A DNA stretch of 41,055 bases from a virus. Its lineage: Duplodnaviria; Heunggongvirae; Uroviricota; Caudoviricetes. A program made the position numbers and the translations under genes. The first letter of the stretch is position 1, and each line of letters begins with the position of its first letter. Below are positions 17,325 through 27,558 of the stretch, piece by piece. The notes under the pieces were generated by a model. That model had not been told where the DNA came from. It searched no databases and worked only from the letters and a program-made list of their open reading frames with translations. Where the stretch lies: positions 1-41,055 of IMG/VR virus record IMGVR_UViG_2529293142_000021; one strand, written 5' to 3'.

Positions 17325-17810
17325 ATGAGTGAGCCAGCCTGGGTTATTGAGGCCCGAAAATATATTGGTGAACGGGAATTAAAAGGCCCGAAACATAATT
17401 CGTTAATTTTGCAAATGTGGCGCGATATTAAACGCGGCGGAATTAAAGACGATGAAACGCCGTGGTGTGCGGCATTCGTCGGTGCCGTGTTGGAGCGTTG
17501 CGGAATTAAATCAACTCGGTTTGAGTCGGCTGGCTCATACCTCGGCTGGGGTGAACAGCTATTAAAACCGGCGTTCGGGTGCGTTGTTGTATTTAAACGC
17601 GACAGCGGCGGGCATGTCGGGTTTGTTGTCGGGCAAAATAGCGCGGGTGATTTGCTAGTGCTGGGCGGCAATCAGTCTGATGCGGTGAATATCAAAGCGT
17701 TCCCGCGCTCGCGGGTGTCTGGCTATCGCTGGCCCGCAGGCGTCCAGGATATTCCTGATTTTAATTTGCCCGAGCAGGTGAATATTAGTTTTTCAATTAG
17801 TGAGGCGTGA
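17325..17810 (+). CDS. endolysin, Cys-His peptidase type
   Basis: 161 aa; conserved Cys (ETPWCAAFVGAV) and downstream His (GGHVGFVVG) consistent with a CHAP/NlpC-P60-like hydrolase; lysis-cassette position. Confidence 0.7.
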   Translation: MSEPAWVIEARKYIGERELKGPKHNSLILQMWRDIKRGGIKDDETPWCAAFVGAVLERCGIKSTRFESAGSYLGWGEQLLKPAFGCVVVFKRDSGGHVGFVVGQNSAGDLLVLGGNQSDAVNIKAFPRSRVSGYRWPAGVQDIPDFNLPEQVNISFSISEA

Positions 17811-18001
17811 CGATGAAAAGATTATTAATTCTGGCGGTAATGCTGCTGGCTGGTTGTACGCACACAACGTATACAGAGGCTAAACGCGCGGACGGAACGA
17901 CGGTGAAACATATTGCTATCGCGCCGGGAACGAAAATTACCACAGCGAGCGGCGGGTGTATTGATTCGACGGGCGCGGCGGCTGAGTGTCCAATTAAATA
18001 G
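17807..18001 (+). CDS. lysis-associated lipoprotein, o-spanin-like
   Basis: 64 aa; signal peptide plus lipobox LLAGC; start overlaps the endolysin stop. Confidence 0.5.
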   Translation: MTMKRLLILAVMLLAGCTHTTYTEAKRADGTTVKHIAIAPGTKITTASGGCIDSTGAAAECPIK

Positions 18002-18306
18002 ACACTACAGAGCGTCACGCGCTGGCGCTCGATAGTGTTTATTATCAGTGACGGACCGCTGGTTTTATTTAACGAGGTGCAGTGGTGCAAAAACAAATTA
18101 TTGGTGACGCGGGCGTGTAAATAGGCGTGATTAATTAATTTTGCATATGGATTATTGCAAGGTACTCCCTAGCCTCAGAAACACCGGGAGGCAGCAGACG
18201 CGCAAAAAACGCCGCGTTTTTTGCATTTTATCGGCATCATCATCATGCGGTTAACATATTGAAATATTTGCTAAAAAAATATTTCAGATGTCGAAATGGT
18301 TAAATA

Positions 18307-18825
18307 TTGTTCACCATCATGGATCAGGAACTCAAAAATTCACGGCTCAATATTAATCAGATTGCCAGCCTGACTGATTTGCACCGGCAAACAGTTGCCG
18401 CGCGGTTAAGCGGGGTGCCGCTGGCACCCGGCAGTAATCCGAAATTAAAACTATATTCCGTCGTTGATATTCTGACGACGCTATTAACCCGCACTACCGA
18501 CCCCGCAAAAATTAACGTTGATGAACTGCTACCCACGGATCGCAAAGCCTGGTTTCAGTCCGAGCGCGAACGGCTTAAATTCGAGATCGAAACAGCGACA
18601 TTAATACCCGCCAGCGACGTTACGCGAGAGTTTGCGACGATGGCAAAAGCGGTGGTCCAGGTTCTCGAAACACTGCCTGATATTTTGGAACGTGATTGCG
18701 GGTTGCAGCCAGCGGCGGTGGCGCGAGTACAAACAATTATTGACGACCTGCGCGATCAGATTGCGCAGCGCGTTGAGCAGGCGGAAACAGAAACAGAGCA
18801 GGAGGACGCGCCGCAGGAGGATTAA
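18307..18825 (+). CDS. terminase small subunit, Nu1-like
   Basis: N-terminal HTH-like segment and acidic C-terminus; immediately upstream of the large terminase; the ~300-bp non-coding stretch before it is the likely cos region. Confidence 0.6.
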   Translation: MFTIMDQELKNSRLNINQIASLTDLHRQTVAARLSGVPLAPGSNPKLKLYSVVDILTTLLTRTTDPAKINVDELLPTDRKAWFQSERERLKFEIETATLIPASDVTREFATMAKAVVQVLETLPDILERDCGLQPAAVARVQTIIDDLRDQIAQRVEQAETETEQEDAPQED

Positions 18826-20902
18826 TGCAGCAACAGGCAACGGCGCGAGGGGCGCGAAAAAATATAGCAGCAATGATCCGCGCGCCGCGCAGGATGCCGG
18901 TTTCTGAGGCGGTCGCAAAATATATGCGCGTACCAATGGGCGCGGGCAACTCCGTGCCGTGGGATCCGCTGGTGGCACCCTACGTTATTGAGCCAATGAA
19001 TTGCCTCACGTCGCGTGAATACGACGCCGTTGTTTTTGTCGGTCCGGCTCGAACGGGTAAAACAATTGGCCTGATTGACGGCTGGATTGTCTACAACGTG
19101 GTGTGTGATCCGTCGGATATGCTGATTATTCAGATGACTGAGGAAAAAGCGCGCGAGCACTCTAAAAAACGCCTAGCGCGTACATTCCGTGCCAGCCCGG
19201 AAGTTGCGTCGCGGCTGAGTCCAAACCGCAACGATAACAACGTTTATGACCGTACATTCCTGGCGGGCAATTATTTAAAAATTGGCTGGCCGTCAATCAA
19301 TATCATGTCGTCGTCGGATTTTAAATGCGCCGCGCTGACTGATTACGACCGAATGCCGGAGAATATCGACGGTGAGGGTGACGGGTTTACGCTGACGTCA
19401 AAACGAACGACCACCTTTATGTCCAGCGGCATGACGTTGGTTGAGAGTTCGCCGGGCCGCGATATTACCGACGTGAAATACCGCAAAAATTCACCGCACG
19501 AGGCACCGCCCTGCACGGGTATTTTATCCCTGTTTAACCGTGGTGATCGGCGTTGTTGGTACTGGCAGTGTCCGCACTGCCGCGAATATTTTCGCCCCGT
19601 TGGCGACACCGTTACCGGGTATCAGGATATCGCAGATCCGGTGCTCGCCAGCGAGGCTGCATACGTTGAATGCCCGCACTGCCAGGGCAAAATAACCCCC
19701 GATCAGAAACGCGAACTAAACGCTGGCGGCGCATGGCTGCGCGACGGAGAAACTATCGATGCAGACGGCAATCGGGGTGGAGAGCCGCGCCGCTCGCGCA
19801 TCGCGTCATTCTGGATGGAAGGGCCGGCGGCGGCATATCAGACGCTGACACAGCTCGTTTATAAACGTCTCACCGCTGAGCAGGAATACGAATTAACTGG
19901 CAGCGAGGAAACGTTAAAAGCGGTTATTAACACCGACTGGGGCCAGCCGTATTTGCCGCGCGCGGCGTCAGAGCAACGCCGCAGCGAGGAATTAATGTCC
20001 CGCGCCGAGGACTACGGCGATCGGGTTGTACCGCCTGAGGTTCGTTTTTTGCTGGCGTCAGTCGATGTGCAGGCGGGGAAAAAACGCCGTTTTGTTGCGC
20101 AGGTTGTTGGCTACGGGCAGCACGGCGAGCGCTGGTTAATCGACCGTTTTAATATTGAATATTCGCTGCGCTGCGACGAAAACGGCGAGGCGCGTCGCGT
20201 TGATCCTGGCGGCTATCCAGAGGACTGGGATCTGCTAATAGATGAGGTGCTGGAAAAATCCTATCAGCTACAGTCCGACCCGGTGCGCCGGATGCCGATT
20301 TTATGTCTGGCGGTTGATAGTGGCGGCGAGGACGGCGTCACGGATAACGCGTATAAGTTCTGGCGTCGTTGCCGCCGCGACGGCTACGGGAAGCGCGTGT
20401 ATTTAATCAAGGGCGACAGCACGACACGCGCGAAATTAATAACTAAATCGTTTCCTGATAACACGAACCGCAGCGACCGCAAAGCTGGGCGCGTGGTGAC
20501 GTACCGATCTACTTGCTGCAAACCGACAGACTCAAAGACGCAATCCACAACAATCTAAAACGAGACACTCCCGGCCCTGGTTTTATTCATTTTCCCGCCT
20601 GGATCGGTGAGTGGTTTTACGACGAACTGTTATATGAAACGCGTGGATCTGACGGTAAATGGCGCAAGCCAGGCCACGGCGCTAATGAGGCGTTGGACCT
20701 GTTTTGCTATTGCCACACGCTGGCAATATTGCGCGGCTATGAGCGCGTAAAAGACTGGAGTAAGCCGCCAGCCTGGGCGGTCCCGCAGGCAGCGAATATT
20801 CAAATCGCTGCGCAACCGGCGGCACCGCCAGAGCCTGATTTAAAAACTACAGAAACAACGGGAAAGCCGTTTACGCCAGCCAGCGTGAGCGGCTTTTTTT
20901 AA
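18825..20902 (+). CDS. terminase large subunit, lambda gpA family, apparent frameshift
   Basis: Walker A GPARTGKT; Cys-rich CPHC...CPHC region; the C-terminal conserved part (NEALDL...) continues in another frame from about 20460-20520, so the gene is split into 18825-20558 and 20513-20902. Confidence 0.8.
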
Positions 20903-20911
20903 TGGGGTTTT

Positions 20912-21124
20912 ATGGAAATTTCGGAAATTAAATCCGCTCGCGATCGTGCGTTCGCCGCGTATCAGGATGCGCTGGAGGCGCAGAGCCTCGGCATGAAGGG
21001 GCGAACCCTGACGCGACAAAATATCAGCGCGCTGCGCTCAGAGTTTGAGTATTGGGATAAGCGCCTGTCTACCGCGACGCGCGGCGGCGGCCGTCAATTT
21101 TCTCTTGTCAGATTCAGGGAATAA
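20912..21124 (+). CDS. head-tail joining protein, gpW-like
   Basis: 70-aa ORF between terminase and portal, as lambda W. Confidence 0.5.
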   Translation: MEISEIKSARDRAFAAYQDALEAQSLGMKGRTLTRQNISALRSEFEYWDKRLSTATRGGGRQFSLVRFRE

Positions 21125-21126
21125 CA

Positions 21127-22665
21127 ATGGGTATTTTCAGCAGATTAACCACCGCGATCGCCCCCGTTACGTCGTTAAAACGAGCGCGGGCGCGCATTCA
21201 ACTGGACGCCATCAGGGCGTATGAGGCGGCTAAACCGTCACGTACACGAGCGACGAAACGCGAAACGCGCAGCGCAGACAATGCGGTTTTTGCCGCTGGT
21301 GTATCTCTGAGAGAGCAGGCGCGCTGGCTGGATGAAAACCACGACCTGGCGATCGGTGTGCTGGATAAACTGGAGGAACGCATTGTTGGCCCTCACGGCA
21401 TTCAGATTGAGCCGCAGCCGCTGACGCTGGCCGGAGACGTGCACGAGGATTTTGCAGCGCTGCTGGCGTCACGGTTCGCTAAATGGGCTGAAAACCCGGA
21501 CGTAACAGGAATGTTTACGCTGGCTGAGGCTGAGCGAATTTTACTGCGTTCGGCGTTGCGCGACGGCGAGGTGTTTATTCAGTTGCTGCGCGGTGCTGTC
21601 CCGGATCTGAAATACGACACGCCGGAACAATTCGCGCTCGAGCTACTCGAGGCCGATTTTGTGCCTATGTGGCCGTCTGGTGCCGACGGTTCAAACCGGA
21701 TTATTCAGGGTATTACGGTAAATCGCTGGGGCTGTCCTGTGGGTTACTGTGTTTATAAAAATCACCCTGGTGCAGGGTTCTCGACAGATACGCGCCAGAT
21801 CCCCGCAGAAAATATGCTGCACCTGGCTGTCCGTAAACGCCTGCACCAGGTGCGCGGCGTGTCGTTATTTCACGGCGTCATGTCGCGCCTGGGAGATTTG
21901 AAATCATATGAGGACGCCGAGCGCGTCGCGGCCCGCGTATCAGCAATGCTGGGTTTTTATATCAAACGTGGTGACGCGTCGGTGTACGGCGATGACGCCG
22001 ACTGGACGTCGCCAGATAACAGCTATCGGGATTTTGAGATGGCCCCCGGCATGATTTATGACCGGCTGGCACCGGGCGAGGAACTGCAAATGTTGAGCAG
22101 CGATCGCCCGAATCCTAATTTGATGGATTTTCGCAACGGGCAATTGCGTGCGCTGGCTGCTGGCGTGAGAACCGGTTATTCGTCAATTGCTCGCGACTAC
22201 AATGGCACCTACTCCGCGCAGCGCCAGGAATTGATTGAGGCGGGAGACGGTTACGCAGTAATGCAAAACTGGTTTATCTCCCGCGTAGTCCGCCCTGTAT
22301 ACCGGGAATGGCTGAAAATGTTTTTGTTATCCGGCGTCGAAGTGCCAGCTGACGTGGATCCGGAATCGCTGTTTGATGCCGTCTACATGGGGCCGGTTCT
22401 CCCCTGGATTGACCCGCAAAAAGAGAGCGAGGCATGGAAAGCTCAGATCCGTGGCGGAGCAGCTACGGAGGCCGAGTGGATACGAGCGCGCGGGCGGTCC
22501 CCACTGGCGGTCAAACTGCAACGCCGCCGCGAAATTAAATTTAATAAAACCGCTGGTCTGGTATTCGACACAGATCCGGCAAACGATAACGGGAGTCAGA
22601 GTAATGACGCAAAAAATGACGCTGGCACCGCGAGCCAGCGCCCCGGCGAGAACCGGGGCGGGTGA
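21127..22665 (+). CDS. portal protein, lambda gpB family
   Basis: 512-aa ORF after terminase and W-like gene; size and position fit a lambda-family portal. Confidence 0.8.
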   Translation: MGIFSRLTTAIAPVTSLKRARARIQLDAIRAYEAAKPSRTRATKRETRSADNAVFAAGVSLREQARWLDENHDLAIGVLDKLEERIVGPHGIQIEPQPLTLAGDVHEDFAALLASRFAKWAENPDVTGMFTLAEAERILLRSALRDGEVFIQLLRGAVPDLKYDTPEQFALELLEADFVPMWPSGADGSNRIIQGITVNRWGCPVGYCVYKNHPGAGFSTDTRQIPAENMLHLAVRKRLHQVRGVSLFHGVMSRLGDLKSYEDAERVAARVSAMLGFYIKRGDASVYGDDADWTSPDNSYRDFEMAPGMIYDRLAPGEELQMLSSDRPNPNLMDFRNGQLRALAAGVRTGYSSIARDYNGTYSAQRQELIEAGDGYAVMQNWFISRVVRPVYREWLKMFLLSGVEVPADVDPESLFDAVYMGPVLPWIDPQKESEAWKAQIRGGAATEAEWIRARGRSPLAVKLQRRREIKFNKTAGLVFDTDPANDNGSQSNDAKNDAGTASQRPGENRGG

Positions 22666-24685
22666 CGGCTGGTACGAGGTACGCGCGGCGGCCAACGGCG
22701 CACCGGCGGAAATCCTGATTTTTGAAGAGATCGGCGCGTGGGGTATTTCCGCGCGGCGACTCATTAATGATATTGCCGACGCTGATTTATTCAGCGCACC
22801 GGCGGTGGATATTCGTATTCACTCACCGGGCGGCAGCGTGCTGGACGGGTTCGCGATTTTTAACACACTGCGCCGCCTCACTGGCGTTGTGAATATTTAT
22901 ATCGACGGCCTGGCGGCCTCGATGGCGAGCGTGATCGCAATGTTGCCCGGCGCACAGGTGCACATCCCGGAAAATGCCTGGGTAATGATTCACAACCCGT
23001 GGGGCGGTGCGTGGGGCGATGCAGCCGAACTGCGCGAATACGCCGATCTGCTTGAGCGGCACGAAAAAAATATAGTTAACGCATATGTTAACAAAACAGG
23101 CATTGATGCGGAGGAGGTTAAAACGCTCATGTCTGCCGAAACCTGGCTAACCGGCGCGGAAGCGGTGGAAAAAAGGTTTGCTGATGTACTGGTGCCGGAG
23201 GTTGAAATGGCCGCCTGCATTAACGATAACGTAACAAAGGAGTTTTCACACATGCCGCAGGCAGCACAGAAATTTTTCAAACCGCGCGCAACTGGCACGC
23301 AACCACAACCGCAACCGGCGGCCCCGCAGCCTTCGCCACAGGCAACGCAACAACCGGCAGCGGCTCAACCAGCGGCACCGCAGCCAGCTGCGCAGGACGC
23401 TGCCGCGATTGCCACGCAGGCACTCGAAATGATGGCGGCGCGCGAAACCGCGCGTAAAGCGGCGGTATCGGCTGTTTTTACTAATTTTCCGGCGTTCGCA
23501 ACCCTGCAAAACACCTGCCTGACCGATACCACCTGCACTGATGCAGTGGCGCGTCAGCGCCTGCTGGATGCCCTCGCGCAGGGGGCTGCCCCCGCTGGTG
23601 GAGCGCATATTTACGCGGGTAACGGCAATCTGGTGGGGGATTCAATCAAAAACGTGATTATGTCCCGCGCTGGTTATGAGGAGCGCGAGGGGAGCAATAA
23701 CTACAGCGGCATGACGCTGGCAGAGCTGGCGCGCGCCTCGCTGGCCGATCGCGGTATCGGTATTTCCGGTGCAGGGCGAATGGAAATGATCGGGATGGCG
23801 TTTACTCATTCATCCAGCGATTTCGGCAATATTCTCATGGACGTTGCGCATAAATCGGCGTTGGCCGGTTGGGATGAGGCGGAAGAAACTTTTGATGTCT
23901 GGACCCGAAAAGGCGAACTGACCGACTTTAAAACCGCCAATCGCGTTGGCCTCGACTCGTTCCCGGCGCTGCGCGAGGTTCGCCCTGGTGCCGAGTACAA
24001 ATACGTTACGCTGGGTGATAGCGGCGCAACCATCGCGCTGGCAACCTATGGCGAGCTATTCAGCATTGACCGCCAGGCAATCATTAACGACGACCTGTCT
24101 ATGTTGACGCGTATCCCGCACGCAATGGGGACGGCGGCAAAGGCCACGATCGGCGATCTGGTTTACGCGTTGCTGTCCAGTAATCCGAAATTTGGGGATA
24201 AACCGTTATTCCATACCGATCACGGAAACTTCATTGACTCGCCGTTATCAGCAGCAGCGCTGGCAACGGGCCGCTCAATGATGAAAAAACAGAAAAACGG
24301 CAAACGGCATCTCAATATTCGCCCGGCGTTTTTGCTCGTATCAACCGCAAACGAGTCACTCGCGGATCAGATCATCAACTCCACGAGTGTTCCTGGCGCT
24401 GATAATAACTCTGGCATTTCGAACCCAGTACGCGGCATGGCGCAGATTGTTGCTGATCCGCGCATTGACGACGCGGGCGAGAAAAACTGGTATCTGGCAG
24501 CGGCACAGGGGCGCGACACGATCGAGGTTGCGTATCTCGACGGGAACGACGCGCCGGTTATTGAATCGACCAGCGGCTTTACTGTTGACGGCGTGACAAT
24601 GAAAGTGCGCATCGATGCGGGCGTATCCCCGATGGACTATCGCGGACTGCTGAAATCAACCGGCGACGGTCGCGAGGGCGAATAA
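22604..24685 (+). CDS. prohead protease (ClpP/S49-like) fused to major capsid protein
   Basis: Start taken at MTQKMTLAP (ORF track starts at 22373 inside the portal gene). N-terminal protease-like region, Pro/Gln/Ala-rich linker (PQPQPAAPQPSPQ...), C-terminal ~370-aa capsid-like domain; no separate capsid gene follows. Confidence 0.7.
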   Translation: MTQKMTLAPRASAPARTGAGDGWYEVRAAANGAPAEILIFEEIGAWGISARRLINDIADADLFSAPAVDIRIHSPGGSVLDGFAIFNTLRRLTGVVNIYIDGLAASMASVIAMLPGAQVHIPENAWVMIHNPWGGAWGDAAELREYADLLERHEKNIVNAYVNKTGIDAEEVKTLMSAETWLTGAEAVEKRFADVLVPEVEMAACINDNVTKEFSHMPQAAQKFFKPRATGTQPQPQPAAPQPSPQATQQPAAAQPAAPQPAAQDAAAIATQALEMMAARETARKAAVSAVFTNFPAFATLQNTCLTDTTCTDAVARQRLLDALAQGAAPAGGAHIYAGNGNLVGDSIKNVIMSRAGYEEREGSNNYSGMTLAELARASLADRGIGISGAGRMEMIGMAFTHSSSDFGNILMDVAHKSALAGWDEAEETFDVWTRKGELTDFKTANRVGLDSFPALREVRPGAEYKYVTLGDSGATIALATYGELFSIDRQAIINDDLSMLTRIPHAMGTAAKATIGDLVYALLSSNPKFGDKPLFHTDHGNFIDSPLSAAALATGRSMMKKQKNGKRHLNIRPAFLLVSTANESLADQIINSTSVPGADNNSGISNPVRGMAQIVADPRIDDAGEKNWYLAAAQGRDTIEVAYLDGNDAPVIESTSGFTVDGVTMKVRIDAGVSPMDYRGLLKSTGDGREGE

Positions 24686-24724
24686 TTTTATTCGCGTAAT
24701 TCGAAATAAATAACAGGTGAAATA

Positions 24725-25051
24725 ATGGCAAAAAATTATATTGAGGATGGCAAAACCCTCGACTGGACAAATACCGGCGCGAACGCGGTAAATAGTGGTG
24801 ACGCGGTTGGCGTGGGGGCGGTTGTGGGTATTGCGCACGATAATATCGCCGCCAGCGCAACGGGTGTGCTGCACATGTCCGGGGTGTTTGAATTGCCAAA
24901 AACCTCCACGGATTCTTGGGCGCAGGGTGTGAAATTATATTTAGCGTCAGGGAAATTAACCACCACATCGAGCAGTAACCCCCTCGTTGGTGTTGCGTGG
25001 GCTGCCGCTGCCGCAGGTAGCGCAACAGCAGTCGTGCGCCTGGGTGGCTAA
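24725..25051 (+). CDS. hypothetical head-associated protein
   Basis: 108 aa, Gly/Ala-rich; follows the capsid gene. Confidence 0.5.
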   Translation: MAKNYIEDGKTLDWTNTGANAVNSGDAVGVGAVVGIAHDNIAASATGVLHMSGVFELPKTSTDSWAQGVKLYLASGKLTTTSSSNPLVGVAWAAAAAGSATAVVRLGG

Positions 25052-25401
25052 TGAGTTCATTTAATGAACTGATGCGCCGCGCTGATAAAACACTGGTCGA
25101 AACGTTTAATGTTGATAATGGGGTTACGTTATTTCCGGATACTCCGCAGGAAATAACCGTGCAGGGTGTATATGACGCCCCTTTTTTTGGGGTTGATATT
25201 GCTGGTGGGCGTATATCCAGTAGCGATTCGTGCATTACCCTGCATGATTACGATTGCGTTAATTTGAAAAAACGCGACACCATTAAAATTATCGGTAAAT
25301 TATGGACTATCCGGGAAATGCAACCAGATGGCACTGGATTGACTGATATTTATTTAGACCCTAAAACAACCAGTGAAAATAGCGTTTATTCGAAATATTA
25401 G
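25051..25401 (+). CDS. hypothetical head/tail-joining protein
   Basis: 116-aa ORF; stop overlaps the previous gene; position only. Confidence 0.5.
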   Translation: MSSFNELMRRADKTLVETFNVDNGVTLFPDTPQEITVQGVYDAPFFGVDIAGGRISSSDSCITLHDYDCVNLKKRDTIKIIGKLWTIREMQPDGTGLTDIYLDPKTTSENSVYSKY

Positions 25402-25434
25402 CGGGCTTGCCCGCTTTTTTTTGAGATAAATAAA

Positions 25435-25833
25435 ATGGCAAATCCACGCAGTAACGCGCAAATGTTTGACATAGACATGAGCGCATTAACAGGGTTGCGC
25501 GATGCCGTGGAGGCAACAGAGCATCAGATGATTATGGCGTATAACCGCGCCCTGAATCGCACAGCTAAACACATGCACCGTGTTTCAGTCAGTATGATTA
25601 TTGATGCCCTCGGCTTAAAAAGCAGAAAAGTCGCTAATAAACGCACACAGCAATTTATTAAACGCCGCGATTATTCAAAAGAGGGCGCGGGGGACCTTAG
25701 TTCTGTTAAATTATGGTATGGTCTGGATGATTTTAGAATACATAATTTACGTGGGACAATGCGCCAGCCGAGAACCGGGAAACAGGAACGAGATCCGGAA
25801 ACCGGGCAATTCTTGAAAAAAAGAAAACAGTAG
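25435..25833 (+). CDS. hypothetical virion protein
   Basis: 132 aa; ends just after an A7 run (25816-25822). The downstream frame is open across this run, so this and the next ORF may be one gene. Confidence 0.45.
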   Translation: MANPRSNAQMFDIDMSALTGLRDAVEATEHQMIMAYNRALNRTAKHMHRVSVSMIIDALGLKSRKVANKRTQQFIKRRDYSKEGAGDLSSVKLWYGLDDFRIHNLRGTMRQPRTGKQERDPETGQFLKKRKQ

Positions 25834-25874
25834 CGGGAGCGTCGTTTACGCCTAAATCATCCTCACTATCCGCT

Positions 25875-26117
25875 ATGGGATGGCCTGATTCATTTGTTGC
25901 GACCCGTTTTGGATATCGCAGTATATGGAAACAGGTAAACGGTGGCCGCAATATTGAGGAAATGAGGATTCCGGTGCATGAGGCGCTGGAGGATGCTATT
26001 GATGATTATATATATCAAAATATTGGTCCTGTATTTATGGCATATTATGAACAGGATTTGCGCGGACGCGTCGCTGGTAGCGTCCATGTCAACGCCAAAA
26101 CAGGTAAACGGCTATGA
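25875..26117 (+). CDS. hypothetical virion protein, possibly C-terminal part of the previous gene
   Basis: 80-aa ORF with no evident RBS; its frame is open upstream to 25746. Confidence 0.35.
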   Translation: MGWPDSFVATRFGYRSIWKQVNGGRNIEEMRIPVHEALEDAIDDYIYQNIGPVFMAYYEQDLRGRVAGSVHVNAKTGKRL

Positions 26118-26662
26118 GCGGAAAAATTAGCGGTATGGACGCGCTGGACGAATATACAAATAATGTTCACGCCGCGTTAATGCAAATCCCATTTATTAAA
26201 ACGGTAGGGATATACCCCGAGATACCGGACGGATTCATAACACCTGCAATTTTTTTCGAGGTTGAGAGCTGGTCGGCATCAAATGATGTAATCGCGGGAT
26301 CCGCGATGACGGTCGAATTAACCTGTAATTTATATCTGGTGCGTGAATATGCAGCGGACTTATACAGTCAAAAAGCGCGCAATGCCGCATTATTTGTGTC
26401 GGGCTGGATTAACGATCGTATATTTGGCCCCATGACGCGCCCCGCCGTATTTACTGACGCGCAGGAGGGGGACTGGCAAAAATCGGGTAAATCGGTGGCA
26501 TCGCATTCTGTCTGGTGCGTTTCATTTAAACAAAATGTTGGCGTAGGTGCCGATCCGTTCGATTACCCGTCAGACGGAATATTAAAGCAAGTATTCGTAG
26601 GGTTTGCGCCGGAAATAGGCGCTGAACACGAGAGTGATTATTATGGCCCAATCGGACGATGA
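26114..26662 (+). CDS. hypothetical tail-associated protein
   Basis: 182-aa ORF immediately upstream of the baseplate genes. Confidence 0.5.
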   Translation: MSGKISGMDALDEYTNNVHAALMQIPFIKTVGIYPEIPDGFITPAIFFEVESWSASNDVIAGSAMTVELTCNLYLVREYAADLYSQKARNAALFVSGWINDRIFGPMTRPAVFTDAQEGDWQKSGKSVASHSVWCVSFKQNVGVGADPFDYPSDGILKQVFVGFAPEIGAEHESDYYGPIGR

Positions 26663-27551
26663 CAGCGAATATACAACGGCGGAGAACGCCCGCAGGCAGC
26701 GTGACGCGATAAAACGCGGCACAATAGCTGAGGTGAAAATGTCCCCACCGCGCTGCCGTGTGTCGTTTGGCGGCGAGCATAAATCAGGCTGGCTACAGTG
26801 GTTCACTCACGCAACGTCAGAGCGCGTGGACTGGAGCGCCCCGTCGGTTGGCGACCCCGTTACTGTTATCTCAGAGAGCGGAGACACGCGCAACGGCGTG
26901 GCAATGCTGGGGCTGCACATTGACAATAAACCGCCGCCCAGTTCCGACCCGCACGACCACGTAACGGCATATTGCGACGGTGCAACGCTAACCTATAACA
27001 CGGAAAATCACACGCTAACCTGGCAGGGCGTACCCGACGGAATTGTAAAAATTCTCGGCGAGTCCAAAATAGAAATTTTGGGCCGCGCAGACGTCACGGT
27101 AACTAGCGAAAACGTGGTTAATATCCACGGTGGAAAATTAATTAACGCTGACGCAGAGGTTATAAACGTCACCGCTACGGACACGATTAACGCACACGCG
27201 GATCTGGTTAACGTTATTGCTACCAGCTCAGTGAGTGTCACTGCTGCAAATAGAATATCGCTGACAGCACAAACAATCAGCGCCTGGGCACCCGGAGGGA
27301 TTACCCTGGCGGGGCCAACGCATATCACCGAAACGCTGGTTGTTGATAAACTGGCGACATTCCGCAATGATGTTTCTGTTACGGGCGATAATGGCGGCAC
27401 GGGTAATATAACAACACGCGGCAGTGTGCTGGCAGGGCAAGAAGTTCAGGATCGTCAGGGCACAATAACTGAGGTTCGCACAACATATAACGGACACACG
27501 CACACATGCCCGGACGGCGAAACAGATAACCCCAATCAACCAATGGCGTAA
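26643..27551 (+). CDS. baseplate hub/spike protein, gpV-like
   Basis: Start at MAQSDDD; repetitive beta-helix-like segments and C-terminal GHTHTCPDGET as in P2 V / Mu gp45-type spikes. Confidence 0.75.
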   Translation: MAQSDDDSEYTTAENARRQRDAIKRGTIAEVKMSPPRCRVSFGGEHKSGWLQWFTHATSERVDWSAPSVGDPVTVISESGDTRNGVAMLGLHIDNKPPPSSDPHDHVTAYCDGATLTYNTENHTLTWQGVPDGIVKILGESKIEILGRADVTVTSENVVNIHGGKLINADAEVINVTATDTINAHADLVNVIATSSVSVTAANRISLTAQTISAWAPGGITLAGPTHITETLVVDKLATFRNDVSVTGDNGGTGNITTRGSVLAGQEVQDRQGTITEVRTTYNGHTHTCPDGETDNPNQPMA

Positions 27552-27558
27552 ATAAATT

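Noticed and set aside
22373-22603. Upstream extension of the protease-capsid ORF starting at 22373
   Set aside because: The extension lies inside the portal gene in another frame and is Arg-rich and junk-like; the internal start at 22604 is the more plausible start.
24579-25235. 218-aa minus-strand ORF overlapping capsid-region genes
   Set aside because: Antisense to a coherent plus-strand operon with overlapping, well-spaced genes; Arg/Pro/Ser-rich composition typical of shadow ORFs in GC-rich DNA.
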